A stretch of DNA of 64,000 bases. It comes from Octopus sinensis (lineage: Eukaryota). Positions 1 to 11,922 of the stretch are shown piece by piece. How positions within the stretch are numbered: position 1 is the first letter of the stretch; each line of letters begins with the position of its first letter. The notes beneath the pieces are model-generated. The model was not told the origin of the DNA. It saw only the letters and a program-made list of their open reading frames with translations, and ran no database searches. The DNA lies in assembly GCF_006345805.1 (NCBI RefSeq), contig NC_043007.1:14384001-14448000 (forward strand), written 5' to 3'. Both the position numbers and the translations under genes were made by a program.

Positions 1-104
1 ACTTAAACTTCATCTTAAATGCATCTTTGCTTTTGGGTCTACAAATTACTGTGATTTTAAACAGTTGTTAACCCTATGAAAGACTGCTACTAACAGAGTA
101 ATCA

Positions 105-295
105 TCATCATCACCATCATTTATTATCCTCTTTCCATGCTGGCATGGGTTAGATGGTTTCACAGGAACTGGTAAGCTGGAGAGCTGCACCAGGCTCCAG
201 TCTGATTTGGCATGGTTTCTACAGCCAGACACCTTTCCTAATGCCAACCACTCTGAGAGTGTAATGAGTGATTTTTATGTGCCACTGGCACAGGT
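105..295 (-). mobile_element. RTE-type LINE 3' UTR fragment / derived short element with (GAT)n tail (family C)
   Basis: (ATC)n tail followed by the TTTCCATGCTGGCATGGGTT...GCCAACCACTCTGAGAGTG block repeated more than 10 times in the window. Confidence 0.7.
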
Positions 296-1808
296 CTAAA
301 AATGTCTATTTGATTGAAAAGGTCAAGAAACTACATAGAAATTCCTTTATTTAATTATTACCTCTGCCAAGGAAGGAGGTTATGTTTTCATGTGAACGGT
401 ATTTGATGAAACTTGCAGGAAAAGTTGGTTAAGATACAAGAAACATATGATGAAATTTTGGTAGTGATCCAGGAATTTTTATGGATTCTTGAAGGATTTT
501 TCCTTCATGTAAAGTAGAAAAATCTTGAAGGATTTTCCTACATTCTTTGATTATTTCCCTTGAAAACACGTTCATCGTTTCTACATAACCTATGGTGGCA
601 TTGCTGTTTCCAAAGTTTATTTTCGTTTCTTTATTAGTAATTTTATTCGCGTATCTATCTTAAAATGAACTGCTTGGCAGAGGTCTGCAGAGGATGACAA
701 GATGACAAGCCTTGACTATTGGGATTGACTCAAAAAGCTCAGGCTTTGCTCCCTCCACCGCTGCTGTGAGCTCTATATCATCTGTACGATGTGGAAAATA
801 TTCCATCAACATTGCCCATCTTTAAAATTTCATCCGAGGCTTGGCCCCCGTGCAATCTGTTCACTACAGAAATGTTTGTGTCGTATCACAACACTATGAC
901 AGAACTATTTCCCCTCAATTGGCCCTACTCTCTTCAACATTGTGCCAGACACACATAAAGGAGGAAAGTGACTTCACAGCATCTGACAATCCCAAGATGA
1001 TTACTCCCAACAAATACCAGATAAACCACCCACACCCAGACATGTCTCTGAAAACAATAACCCTCTGCTTGAATGTGCTACGGTTCCCCAGAACTGACCA
1101 TGTATCTCTTCCAGGTGGTGCTATTAAATTAGACATGGCCTGAGTCAACTTCGGTTGAAACTTATCTGAGTAATCTAATCTATGCTGTAACCTTTTAATC
1201 AAAGTATGACAACGTGGGTAGAAGCTGATATCTTAACATTTCTGATGGTCTTAAGTATAAAACAAAATTATTAAAGATTTATATAGAACTACATTCAGAG
1301 TATGTCTATAAGCTATTGTGTTTAGACCTGGTTTCTATCCTCAAACTGTTCCGTTTTGTAGATGCAATTTTTTTTTTTTAATACTAAACCACTCCGAAAT
1401 TAGAAAAATCAAAACTCGGCAACAATCTCGGTCCCACGAGTATCGGATAATGGATTTTCAACTGTGTAAAAAAATCTGATTGTGGTGATCGTAGTTTTGA
1501 CGGTGATTGTGGTGAGAGCAGAGACAGTGTTGATGATGACGATGGTCGAAATAAGTAAAGGAGGAGGTTATGTTTCTGCCGGTGTTGGTTTGGAAAATTG
1601 GGCGATTTTCAGCATGTGTGTATATGGGTGGGAATGAGCTGCTTGGCGGAGGTCTGCACTCTCCGAGTCCTTTTCTAGTTTTATATTGATTCGTTACTTT
1701 TATAATGATTCCTCAACTTGATTAACTCTTAATTACATAAAAAAAAATTGATTCCTATTTGTTGTAAAAATTGATAATACTCATTAGCTTTCTATATTTC
1801 TCTTTCAG

Positions 1809-1882
1809 GTTTGTCTACAATTGCAATGGTAATAGGATATTGGTTTTTAAATTCAGATTATAAACCAACAAAAAACTCTTAA
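1809..1882 (+). CDS. candidate terminal coding exon of an unidentified gene (hydrophobic segment then stop)
   Basis: Strong acceptor (CTTTCTATATTTCTCTTTCAG) and an open frame xLSTIAMVIGYWFLNSDYKPTKNS*; no partner exon found and no homologue recognised. Confidence 0.3.
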
Positions 1883-2422
1883 GAGGAGCCACTGCTGCAC
1901 AATTCAACAATGGAATTATTATACTTAAGAACAAGAGACTTCTGTGAGAATTAGTGTGGTCACTGTACGTCTCAGATGCTTTTATTGCAGATAGCTGGTT
2001 GTCTTTTAACACGTAAAATCTCTGTTGACATGTGGTAAACTGATGGCTTCATGTGCTGGAGTACAAGTCATTGTGAGTTCAAATCTTTTCAAAGAAAACA
2101 TATTAGTTTCTCACGGTAAAAACTAAGTTCATATTTGAATAAGTTGGTGTTAAACAATTTACAGTTGAGTGATTACAGTTAAAAAGCATATCCATTTGTT
2201 TAGTATTTATGTGAATGTCTGAATTTGCAGAAATAGCACACCCAGGCAGGTATGTTAAAAAAAGAAAAATTATTGAAAGTTTAAAGTCTTCTCCTCACCA
2301 AAACCTCTGTCACAAGTATTGTATTGTGCCCTTGGGTGAAGTTAAAAACATATTCCCTCTACCTCAGCTTGGCTTGTTGGTAAATATATTGGTATTTGAA
2401 AGATCTGGAGTCAGTAATTTTG

Positions 2423-2925
2423 GTAAGACTTCCGCCTATCCCCCACCCCCATTTTTTTGCCAAAAATCTTCATTGTGAAAATTCCGCCCCAACTTCTTCA
2501 ATTTTGACTTTTTTCCATAACACTAACCCTAAAACCCTAACCTTAACCCCCTAACCCTAACCCTAAAACTGTAACCGTAAGTGCAGAAATGTTTTGAAAT
2601 TCTTGTCCGAATCCAGATGTCTGCATTTTTCCGCATATTTAGAAAAGAAAAAATTCTTAAAAAACAATTTTACAAAGATTTTTGGAAATTGATTTCAGAA
2701 TCATAATCTCCGTATTTTTCCACATATTTTGAGAAAAGAAAAATTCTGAAAAAAGTTAAAAATGAAGGAAATGGGGGTGGGAGGGTGGTTTAATTTAGAA
2801 ATGTCGAATTTTGCCAATTTTTTTGCAGATTCGTATTCCCCATAGCTGAGAAGTGGGGGTTTGTCTCGAAAAAAAAAGTTTTAAAAAAGGGTGGTTTTTG
2901 GGTGGGGGACGGGTGGAAGTCTTGC
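2423..2925. mobile_element. non-autonomous TIR element (MITE) with internal telomere-like (TAACCC)n
   Basis: Imperfect TIRs GTAAGACTTCCGCCTATCCCCCA / TGGGGGACGGGTGGAAGTCTTGC; CTAACC-type repeats at about 2523-2580. Confidence 0.65.
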
Positions 2926-3147
2926 TGTGATTTTTATTCTTGATAAATAATGGACATCATGCTGGAGAGTTATAAGCTTATATCCTAAAACTGGTGCTGT
3001 GATATTGTGCCTATAATAGAAAGGATTATTAGAATTATTAGACACTACCTCTCTCCTTATTAGGATTATTAGACACTACTTCTCTCATTCCTGGCAGCAG
3101 AGCAAATAAAGCAGAGCAAATAACTTGAACAATAATTAGAAACATTA

Positions 3148-3560
3148 GGCGCAGGAGTGGCTGTGTGGTAAGTAGCTTGTTTACTAACCACATGGCTCCG
3201 GGTTCAGTCCCACTGCGTGGCATCTTGGGCAAGTGTCTTCTGCTATAGCCCCGGGCCGACCAATGCCTTGTGAGTGGATTTGGTAGGCGGAAACTGAAAG
3301 AAGCCTGTCGTATATATGTATATATATATATATAAGTGTGTGTGTATATGTTTGTGTGTCTGTGTTTGTCCCCCTAGCATTGCTTGACAACCGATGCTGG
3401 TTTGTTTACGTCCCCGTCACTTAGCGGTTCGGCAAAAGAGACCGATAGAATAAGTACTGGGCTTACAAAGAATAAGTCCCGGGGTCGATTTGCTCGACTA
3501 AAGGTGGTGCTCCAGCATGGCTGCAGTCAAATGACTGAAACAAGTAAAAGAGAAAGAGAA
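3148..3560 (+). mobile_element. tRNA-derived CORE-like SINE with central (TA)n (family A)
   Basis: Head GCAGGAGTGGCTGTGTGGTAAG with B-box-like GGTTCAGTCCC, then GGCATCTTGGGCAAGTG core, TA/TG microsatellite and tail GAAACAAGTAAAAGAG; more than 12 copies in the window. Confidence 0.9.
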
Positions 3561-3593
3561 GAGAAACATTATCATGATGTTAACCTTTTGGCA

Positions 3594-3797
3594 TTTAGCC
3601 ACATCCAGCCAAAATATTCTTCCTGTTTTATGTTCAAACTGGCAAGATCCAGCCTCTCACACCAACCCTGCAATGTTAGTCTAAAAAATATAGTCTCTTA
3701 ATTGAAAGCTCAAAGCTACGAAATAATACAGGATAAATTCAAAACAATGTGAATAAATAAGCATTATATTTGATAGAATAATCTGAATGATAAAGAG
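3594..3797. mobile_element. piggyBac-like MITE
   Basis: TTAA on both sides (3590-3593, 3798-3801) and short imperfect terminal inverted repeats. Confidence 0.55.
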
Positions 3798-3900
3798 TTA
3801 AATATGCAAAAATTTCTAGAACTGTTCAACCCATATGTAGCATAAGTAAAAAACAAAAAAAACAACAACTTTATTTTGAGTATCATAATAATAATAATAA

Positions 3901-4176
3901 TGTGTCCAGGTCTGATTGCAATAAAGATCTATAGTGTACAGGATCTGTCCTCTTTATTTCGAGGTACAGCTTGATGTCATCTGCATATTTCAGCACTGTG
4001 GCATTCTTTAAGTTGCAACAAATAAAAGGGGGCCAAGAACAGATCCCTGTGGTACACCAGATATCATCTCATAGGGTGAAGAGTGCTGTCCTAGAACTGT
4101 GACAACCTCTTTTCGGCCGACAATGAAGGACTTCAACCAGTTATAGAGATCATCTCTTACACCCATTGCAGAGAGT
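3901..4176 (-). mobile_element. CR1-like LINE reverse transcriptase fragment (decayed)
   Basis: Minus-strand translation gives VLGQHSSPYEMISGVPQGSVLGPLL...VLKYADDIKLYLEI...LQSDLD (RT GVPQGS and YADD motifs). Confidence 0.85.
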
Positions 4177-4608
4177 AAATCCCTGCTTTGATATACAAGT
4201 ATGGCTTACATTTTGACCTGTAGAGTTTTGAAGTATAATTCTGTTGAGCCAATGAGATATATCTGATTAATCAGCTTATGGCAAACTACTTCTCTTACAT
4301 TAATCTTTCAGAAATGAACGAATGTCACAATCTTAATTCCCTCTCGCTATGTTTGTAATCATTTGCTGTTGTGAGAAATCAGTGTTAGTGCATCACATAA
4401 TGATTTAACTAATGAATATAATCAAGAATTAATATCAGTACAATGTAACAGGCAGAAAGAAAGCTAAGTCTTTCAAAGTGATTTTCTTTCATATTGTTAA
4501 ACTAATATTTTACACAAATAAACCTTTATCAACACTAGAATTTGAACAGAAGAGTTACAATTAATCAGAAGTATATGAGTTGTCCTACTTTGTATATATA
4601 TATATGTC

Positions 4609-4995
4609 AGGTGTAGGAGTGGCTGTGTGGTAAGTAGCTTGCTTACCAACCACAGGGTTCCGGGTTCAGTCCCACTGCGTAGCACCTTGGGCAAGTGTCT
4701 TCTACTACAGCCTTGGGCTGACCAAAGCCTTGAGAGTGGATTTGGTAGCCAGAAACTGAAAGTAGCCCGTCGTATATATGTATATGTATATATATGTGTG
4801 TGTGTGTTTGTCCCCCCAACATCGCTTGACAACTGATACTGGTGTGTTTACGTCCCCGTAACGTAGTGGTTCGGCAAAAGAGACCGATAGAATAAGTACT
4901 AGGCTTACAAAGAATAAGTCCTGGGGTCAATTTGCTCGACTAAAGGCGGTGCTCCAGCATGGCCACAGTCACATGACTGAAACAAGTAAAAGAGT
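4609..4995 (+). mobile_element. family A SINE
   Basis: Full head-to-tail match to the 3148-3560 copy. Confidence 0.9.
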
Positions 4996-6364
4996 ATATA
5001 TATATGGTGAGAGAAAGTGGGGAGTATCATATAATTATATCTTCTGTTCGTAATAGGCTTTCATTGGATAAAGCTGTCCGCTCCCCAATATAATTATGTA
5101 GATTAGTAGAAATGGTAGTGAGGGACAAAATGACTAGTGGTATTTGTTTCTGTCCTTTTCTATTCTGAATTTAAATCCTGCCAAAAATTGATAGAATAAG
5201 TGCCAGTAAAGAACTGGGATCAATATACTCACCTGTTCCCTCACAAAATTTGTTGTCCTCTGCCTATGTGAGAAAACAATGATTGTTACATTCCAAACTA
5301 TGTTAGAAAGAATATATAACAAATAAAATGAGGTATGTTTCATTTATTGTGTATGAAAAAATAACTGAGCACATTTGTAATTCAGTATTAACCTTCAGAA
5401 CACTGTAGGTGCATCACATCACCATATGAGTTTTCTCCCCTGCAGTTACAGGGCAGTGACAAGGGAAACAATTCTATAGGAAATACAGTGTGCTAAAGAT
5501 TAAATAATTAGCATTTATGCTTTAATCAAGGCGGTGAGCTGGCAGAATCATTAGCATACTGGACTAAATACTTAGGGACATTTCTTCCAGCTTCTTACAT
5601 TCTGAATTCAAATTTCACCAAGGTCGACTTTACCTTTCATAGTCTATAGCAAAAGTACCAGTAATTGACTGGTCCTCTCCCACCAAAATTTCAGGCCTTG
5701 TGTCTATGTTAGAAAAATTCATTTTTATTTATGTTCTGAGCTTAAATTCTGTTCAGGCTGACTTTGCTATTTATCTTTTCTGGGGTTGATAAAATAAGTA
5801 CCAGTTGAGCTCTAGGTTTGATGTAATCGAATTGCTTTCTCCTCCAAAATTTCAGAGCTTGCCCTATTGTAGAAATTATAATTGGATTCATTACAATCAT
5901 TATTGGATTAAGCTCTTTTACATATATATAAAGATTTAAGTCCAACACTTCAAAAAAATTCCATTGATATTTCTTTTTTGTAGAAAATTAAAAAATTCTT
6001 TTGTAGATATTTTTGTTTTTGTCAGTGAAAATGACAGTTGAAATTTGCGTGGACACCATTGAGTCAGATACAGTGGCATTGCAAAGATTTACAGAGCCTG
6101 TGAGGCAAAGATGCTGTTGGCTCTCTGCCTTAATAATTAACTGGCAGGTGGGGGAGGATCCTTCACATCTGTGCCCAGGGAGGACTTTTTTTCCTCTTGC
6201 TATACTTCTAGCAAGGATCCCAACTTTCAGTTTCATGTTGAAGAATACCACATTTTCTCAATGTAGCCTCTTGCTACAAATATCATATTAACTAACTCCA
6301 TAGTTGCTTGTGAAACTAGGCTCCAATCTCTGCATATGACTATTCTCTGACAATATCACAGTTT

Positions 6365-6580
6365 ACCTATTTCTTTACAAGGGGCTAAACACAGAAAGGA
6401 CAAACAAGGACAGACAAACAGATTAAGTCGATATCGATCCCAGTGCGTAACTGGTACTTATTTAATCGACCCCGAAAGAATGAAAGGCAAAGTCGACCAC
6501 GGCGGAATTTGAACTCAGAACGTAAAGACAGACGAATTGCCGCCAAGCATTTAGCCCATGTGCTATGATTCTGCCACTTC
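6365..6580 (-). mobile_element. tRNA-derived SINE family B
   Basis: Reverse complement of the GAGTTCAAATTCCGCCGAGGTCGACTTTGCCTTTCATCC...GTAAAGAAATAGG family. Confidence 0.85.
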
Positions 6581-7364
6581 ACCAGCTTGGATTACGGGTG
6601 TATTATTGTCCGGTATTTATTTCTTTAAGAAACTTAGAGCTTTTTGGTTAAGCTTGTTTTCAGAGTGAAACTAACTTCCCAGCTGTTGGATACTTATTCC
6701 AGTAATGAAAAGGTTAATGCACATCAATGCATTAAAAATACATTTCCATCCTCAAAGATCAATCTAGTAAGACAAAGGCAATGATTCTTCCTACCTCATT
6801 TGTTAAATACCATAACAATACCCTTAAATGTTTGCTCTACATCTCTCAAGAATATAAAGCTCTGCATATTTTCCACCAACTTCATTTTAAATATGTTTGA
6901 TTCATAATTATTCCTTAACTTGTTCCAGTCATTGGATTGCAGCCATGCTAGGTTTTGGTCATTCAAATCAAAGTCTGGTACTTATACTATCAATCTCTTT
7001 CAGTGAACCACTGAAATCACAGGGATGTAACCAAACCAACACTAATTGTTTCATGGTGAGACACAAACACACACACACATATATGGTAAGCTTCTACCCA
7101 GTTTCCATCTATCAGATTTATTCACAAGGCAATGGTCAGTCACTGGCTATAGAAGAAGACAATGAGTCGAGCTGCTGTGAAGTAGGACTGAACCCTGAAG
7201 TCACATGGTTACAAAACAAACATCTTAACCACACAACCAAGTGGTTGAAAATGCCTTGTTACTTGTATGGCTGGTAACTCTGCTTGCATTCTATTTTATC
7301 ATCATCATCATCATTTAACCTCCGCTTTCCTGGCATGGGTAAGACGGTTTGACAGAAGAAGGTG

Positions 7365-7748
7365 GCGAGCTGGCAGAAACGTTACACGCCAGGCGAAATG
7401 CTTAGCGATATTTGGTCTGCCGCTATGTTCTGAGTTCAAATTCCACCAAGGTCAACTTTGCCTTTCACCCTTTCAGAGTCGATAAATTAAGTACCAGTTA
7501 CGCACTGGGGTCGATGTAATCGACTTAATCCCTTTGTCTGTCCTTGTTTGTCCACTTTGTGTTTAGCCCCTTGTGGGCAGTAAAGAAATAGGTATTTCAT
7601 CTGCCGCTACGCTCCGAGTTCAACTTTGCCTTTCACCCTTTCAGAGTCGATAAATTAAGTACCAGTTATGCACTGGGGTCGATGTAATCGACTTAATCCC
7701 TTTGTCTGTCCTTGTTTGTTTAGCCCCTTGTGGGTAGTAAAGAAAGAG
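7365..7748 (+). mobile_element. family B SINE, head plus two body units
   Basis: GGCGAGCTGGCAGAAACG head, then a body unit repeated after the ...AAAGAAATAGGTATTTC junction (about 7590). Confidence 0.85.
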
Positions 7749-8084
7749 GTTTGACTGAAACTGGTAAGCCAGTGAGCTGCACCAAGCTCCAATCTGATTT
7801 GGCATGGTTTCTATAGCTAGATGCCCTTCCTAACACCTCATATATATATATATTCCAATTTTTATAAAATACAAGTTGATGACTGTCAAAACCATTCCAC
7901 ATTTGTATTGTTTATTTATTACCGAAGTATTTCCAAGCACCGTATTCCTGTTTTCCAAACAGCATTTCGGTAATAACAATCTACTAATAAAGTCCATTCT
8001 GGAAATTTGTCTCATTATAATTCTAATCACAAATATATTTAAAGCTGATTTGATCTCATCAAAACTGAATTGTTATCTCACCTT

Positions 8085-9235
8085 CATCATCATCATCGTC
8101 GTCGTTTAACGTCCGCTTTCTATGCTAGCATGGGTTGGACGATTTAATTGAGGTCTGGCGAACCAGACTCTAATCTGATCTGGCAGAGTTTCTACAGCTG
8201 GGTGCCCTTCCTAACGCCAACCACTCCGAGAGTGTAGTGGGTGCTTTTACGTGCCACTGGCATGAGGGCTAGTTTGGTGATACTGGCAACGGCCACGCCC
8301 AAATGGTGCTTTTTATGTGCTACGTCATAATCATTCAACTGTCAGGATATTTTGCTATGACACAACTGTAAACTCTTATATCACCATAGTTTTATTCGTT
8401 ACGTAAAAGCACCATCCGTTCGTGACCGTTCGCCAGCTCTGTCTGGCACCTGTGCAGGTGGCACGTAAAAAACACCCACTACACTCGCGGAGTGGTTGGC
8501 ATTAGGAAGGGCATCCAGCCGTAGAAACACTGCCAAATCTGACTGGGCCTGACGAAGCCTTCCAGCTTCACAGACCCCAGTTGACCCGTCCAACCCATGC
8601 TAGCATGGAAAGCGGACGCTAAACGATGATGATGATGATGATGATGATGATAGGTTGAGTGAAGCTTATTGAAGCAGTGTTCTACGGCTGGATGCTCTTC
8701 CTGATGCTAACCCTCACTTGTTTATTCATTTCATTTTTTTTCAGCAAGTAAGGTGCTTTATTCCATTGGTCTCCTCATTTCAAACTACCAACCTACAGGC
8801 TTATTGTTTATGCAGGACATAAACAAACATCAATACTGCCCAAGCTGTGTCAATGTGAAGATAAGCACACATGCACTCATCCTCGTTTAACGTCTGCTTT
8901 CCATGCTGGCATGGGTTGGACGATTTGACTGAGGCCTGGCGAACCAGATGGCTGCACCAGGCTCCAATCTTGATCTGGCAGAGTTTCTACAGCTCGAAGC
9001 CTTTCCTAACGCCAACCACTCCAAGAGTGCAGTGGGGCCAGTCAGGCAGTACTGGCAACAACCTCGCTCGAATCCTTTTATATATGCCACCGGCACAGGT
9101 GCCAGTAAGGCGACGCTGGTAACGATCACACTCGAATGGTGCCTTTTATGTGCCACTGGTATGGAAGCCGGTTAGCCGCTCTGGCAACGATCACACTCGT
9201 ATGGTGCTCCTTGCACCCCACTAACACGGATGCCA
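8085..9235. mobile_element. cluster of three RTE-type 3' end copies (family C) in -, + and - orientation
   Basis: (ATC)n or (GAT)n tails at about 8085, 8625 and 8875 with the shared GGCGTTAGGAAGGGCATCCAGCTGTAGAAAC block. Confidence 0.8.
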
Positions 9236-9567
9236 GTCAGCGAATTTGATGTTGACATATATCATGGCCTTCCATACAGATTCCATCTACCAAATTTCAT
9301 TCACAAGGCAATAATAGAGGACACTTGCCCAAAGTTCCACGCCGTAAGATCAAACCTGAAATTGCATGGTTGTGAAGAGAACTCTTTGACCACACAGCTA
9401 TACATGCACCTTGGCTATTTTGTCATGATTTGCATGTTGAAAATTTTACTTTCAGTTTCATTAGAATATTAATTCTTCAAATTTCTGCCACTCTAATTGC
9501 AATACCAACCCTTACCTGTAACCTGGTGTCTACTCACCTTTTCTTTGTATCCAGCAAAGCACAAAAT

Positions 9568-9760
9568 GGTGATCTTACGGTACAAGTACCATAACTGCCA
9601 ATTATAAACCCACGTGGGTTTGTTTACATTTCTGAAGAAAAAAGACACCCTTTTCTCCCCCCCCCCATATATATAAAAAAAACTTTACAGAGAGTGACGA
9701 TCTTCTTCAAATGTAAACAAACACACGTGGCAGTTATGGTACTTGTACCGAAAGATGGCC
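9568..9760. mobile_element. small fold-back/MITE-like element
   Basis: Arms ATCTTACGGTACAAGTACCATAACTGCCA and TGGCAGTTATGGTACTTGTACCGAAAGAT; internal TCTTTTTTCTTCAGAAATGTAAA block shared with the MITE at 31650. Confidence 0.6.
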
Positions 9761-9991
9761 CATAAAACTCCTTGGTTTTCATGTTTCCCTCCCACTAATA
9801 CTTTTTCAATTAATTTTTTGCATCTTTATGGTTCAGCCATAAGTAGATATTTGATCAAAGACTTTCCAACCATGACCATACCGTTTCACAGACTATTACT
9901 GATTGAATGTCCCTCCCTTTTCAACAAGATAGGGGTGTAATTTGAGGGGGATCTGGCTGCTATTTCTAGTAAGTCAAATGAATATGTAGAG

Positions 9992-10212
9992 CAGTGGTTC
10001 TTAACGTGGGTCCATATAAGATTTTGTTGCTTAAGCTTGGGTTTACTTCTACAAAATACAAAATATTTTAAATTTTTATACAATTCCCATGAATATTTAA
10101 TTACAAAAACGTAATGGGATTTTTTCAAACATCGAATGATTTTGAGGGTCCACCCAAGTAAATTTGGTATCAAAGAGGTCCAAAGGTAAAAAAATGGTTG
10201 AGAGGAACACTG
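9992..10212. mobile_element. hAT (Charlie-like) MITE
   Basis: CAGTGGTTC...GAACACTG termini with a perfect 8-bp TSD ATGTAGAG (9984-9991, 10213-10220). Confidence 0.85.
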
Positions 10213-10343
10213 ATGTAGAGTCTGATTTGGTTTGATATTATTCCTGTCAAAATCTATGGTTTTTCCTTGTTGAAATATTTCCTCTTCTTGGTAGTTTAAT
10301 AATAAAATACCTGATTCAGATGTCATGGGTTTTCTACACAATT

Positions 10344-10381
10344 TCAGAAGGCTGTGTGTTCAAATCACGTCGGGGTCACCA
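10344..10381 (+). pseudogene. cDNA copy of the 3' half of mature tRNA-Trp (positions 39-76 including CCA); on the minus strand an extended primer-binding site
   Basis: TCAGAAGGCTGTGTGTTCAAATCACGTCGGGGTCACCA matches the remembered eukaryotic tRNA-Trp 3' half and includes the normally non-templated CCA; the minus strand begins TGGTGACCCCGACGTGAT, the classical tRNA-Trp PBS. Confidence 0.8.
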
Positions 10382-10383
10382 AT

Positions 10384-10765
10384 TGTAACAGGATGAGAGC
10401 TTCCCGCACTGGATGGGTGCAGTTCGCATCCTTTACATTAAACATTAATTGAAGAAAGAGTCAAGATTTCCGATTGACTTCAACGGTATATTTATTCTTT
10501 GATTCGCAAATATAAACATTTCCTTCCTCTGGGCGAATCTGCAACCTAGGAGCTTATCGGCAGTAGTCAATCCTGCCCGTTCAAGCATAGCGGGGATGCG
10601 CCATGAGGTAGCAGCTCTAAAGAGCTGATGCAGACACATCTGTCCAAGAGAATTTCGCTACTGCTAGTTTTCTGTGCATGCACATGAAGGAACTTCCAGC
10701 AGGTCTTCTGGAAGACTCCAACCCTGCGCATGCGTGCTGGAGATTTCCAATACGGCGTCACTACA
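10384..10765 (-). mobile_element. LTR of a Gypsy-type retrotransposon
   Basis: Minus strand TGTAGTGAC...CTGTTACA (TG..CA), internal AATAAA, followed after 2 nt by the tRNA-Trp PBS. Confidence 0.75.
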
Positions 10766-10967
10766 CTATCGTCACCAGACCTTCCCAGGCTGGGGAGATG
10801 GATGTGGTTTAAGTTCAGTTTGAACATCTATTCTAGAGTGTAACAGCTCAGGTGGTAGTGGAGTATAATTGAGAAAAATGCATAGTGTAGTATTTGGTGG
10901 TGGTGAGGGGCATGAAAACATTTGATAATAATGTCAGTGGTGTATTTTGCTGGGAGGTATATCTAAA

Positions 10968-11132
10968 GGCGGCAAGCTGAGTTCAAATTCCGCCGAGGTC
11001 AACTTTGCCTTTCATCCTTCCGGGGTTGATTAAATAAGTACAAGTTACGCACTGGGGTCAATATAATCGACTTAATCCATTTGTCTGTCCTCTCTGTGTT
11101 TAGCCCCTTGTGGGTAGTAAAGAAATAGGTAT
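10968..11132 (+). mobile_element. family B SINE (internally deleted)
   Basis: GGCGGCAAGCTGAGTTCAAATTCCGCCGAGG...GTAAAGAAATAGG. Confidence 0.8.
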
Positions 11133-11546
11133 ATCTAAAGCAGGCAGTGTAGGTAAGAGTCCTACCACTGCTCCAAATCATTTACTTCATAAATTTATAT
11201 ATTGTTGTTTAGTCTCAGGTCAACATTGCCTGAACAAACCTACATTCAAAGAACATTCCAACCAAGACCATTCCATCTGATTAGCACTACATTATCAGTT
11301 AACTGTGTTCTTCCTTTATTAAGCTGGCAGGATATTTATTTGAAAGCAATTTAGTTATTATTTTTTAGCACTACATTATCAGTTATCTAAATGTGTTCTT
11401 ATTTTATTAGGCCAGCAGGATGTTCAAAGTGATTTAACTGTTATTTCTAGCAACTTTGTATAAGTTGGCTTGATGTATTGATTGTTAATAAATTGTTTGC
11501 AATCTGTGGCGATTTATAAATGTTCCTAATCTACATGATGTATTAC

Positions 11547-11922
11547 TCTCTTTTACTTGTTTCAGTCATTTGACAGCGGCCATGCTGGAGCACCACCTTT
11601 ATAGTTGAGCAAATCGACCCCAGAGCTTATTCTTTGTAAGCCTAGTACTTATTCTATTGGTCTCTTGTGCTGAACCGCTAAGTTACAGGGACGTAAACAC
11701 ACCAGCATCGGTTGTCAAGCAATACTGGGGGGACAAAGACACACAAACATATACATATACGACAGGCTTCTTCCAGTTTCCGTCGACCAAATCCGCTCAC
11801 AAGGCTTTGGTTGGCCCAAGGCTATAATAGAAGACACTTGCCCAAGGTGCCACGCAGTGGGACTGAACCTGGGACTATGCGGTTGGTAAGCAAGCTACTT
11901 ACCACACAGCCGCTCCTGCACC
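11547..11922 (-). mobile_element. family A SINE
   Basis: Reverse-complement match to the 3148 copy. Confidence 0.9.

Noticed and set aside
915-1202. 95-aa minus-strand ORF with a hydrophobic segment
   Set aside because: It has no ATG start, the best upstream acceptor leads to early stops, and no homology was recognised
3148-3230. tRNA-like heads with A and B boxes (also at 54230-54300 and 63313-63390) as tRNA genes
   Set aside because: They run straight into SINE bodies, lack a terminator and a complete cloverleaf, and are dispersed repeats
6031-6075. MTVEICVDTIES resembles the CutC N-terminus (MEVCVDSVES)
   Set aside because: Similarity stops after about 12 residues and no further CutC exons were found
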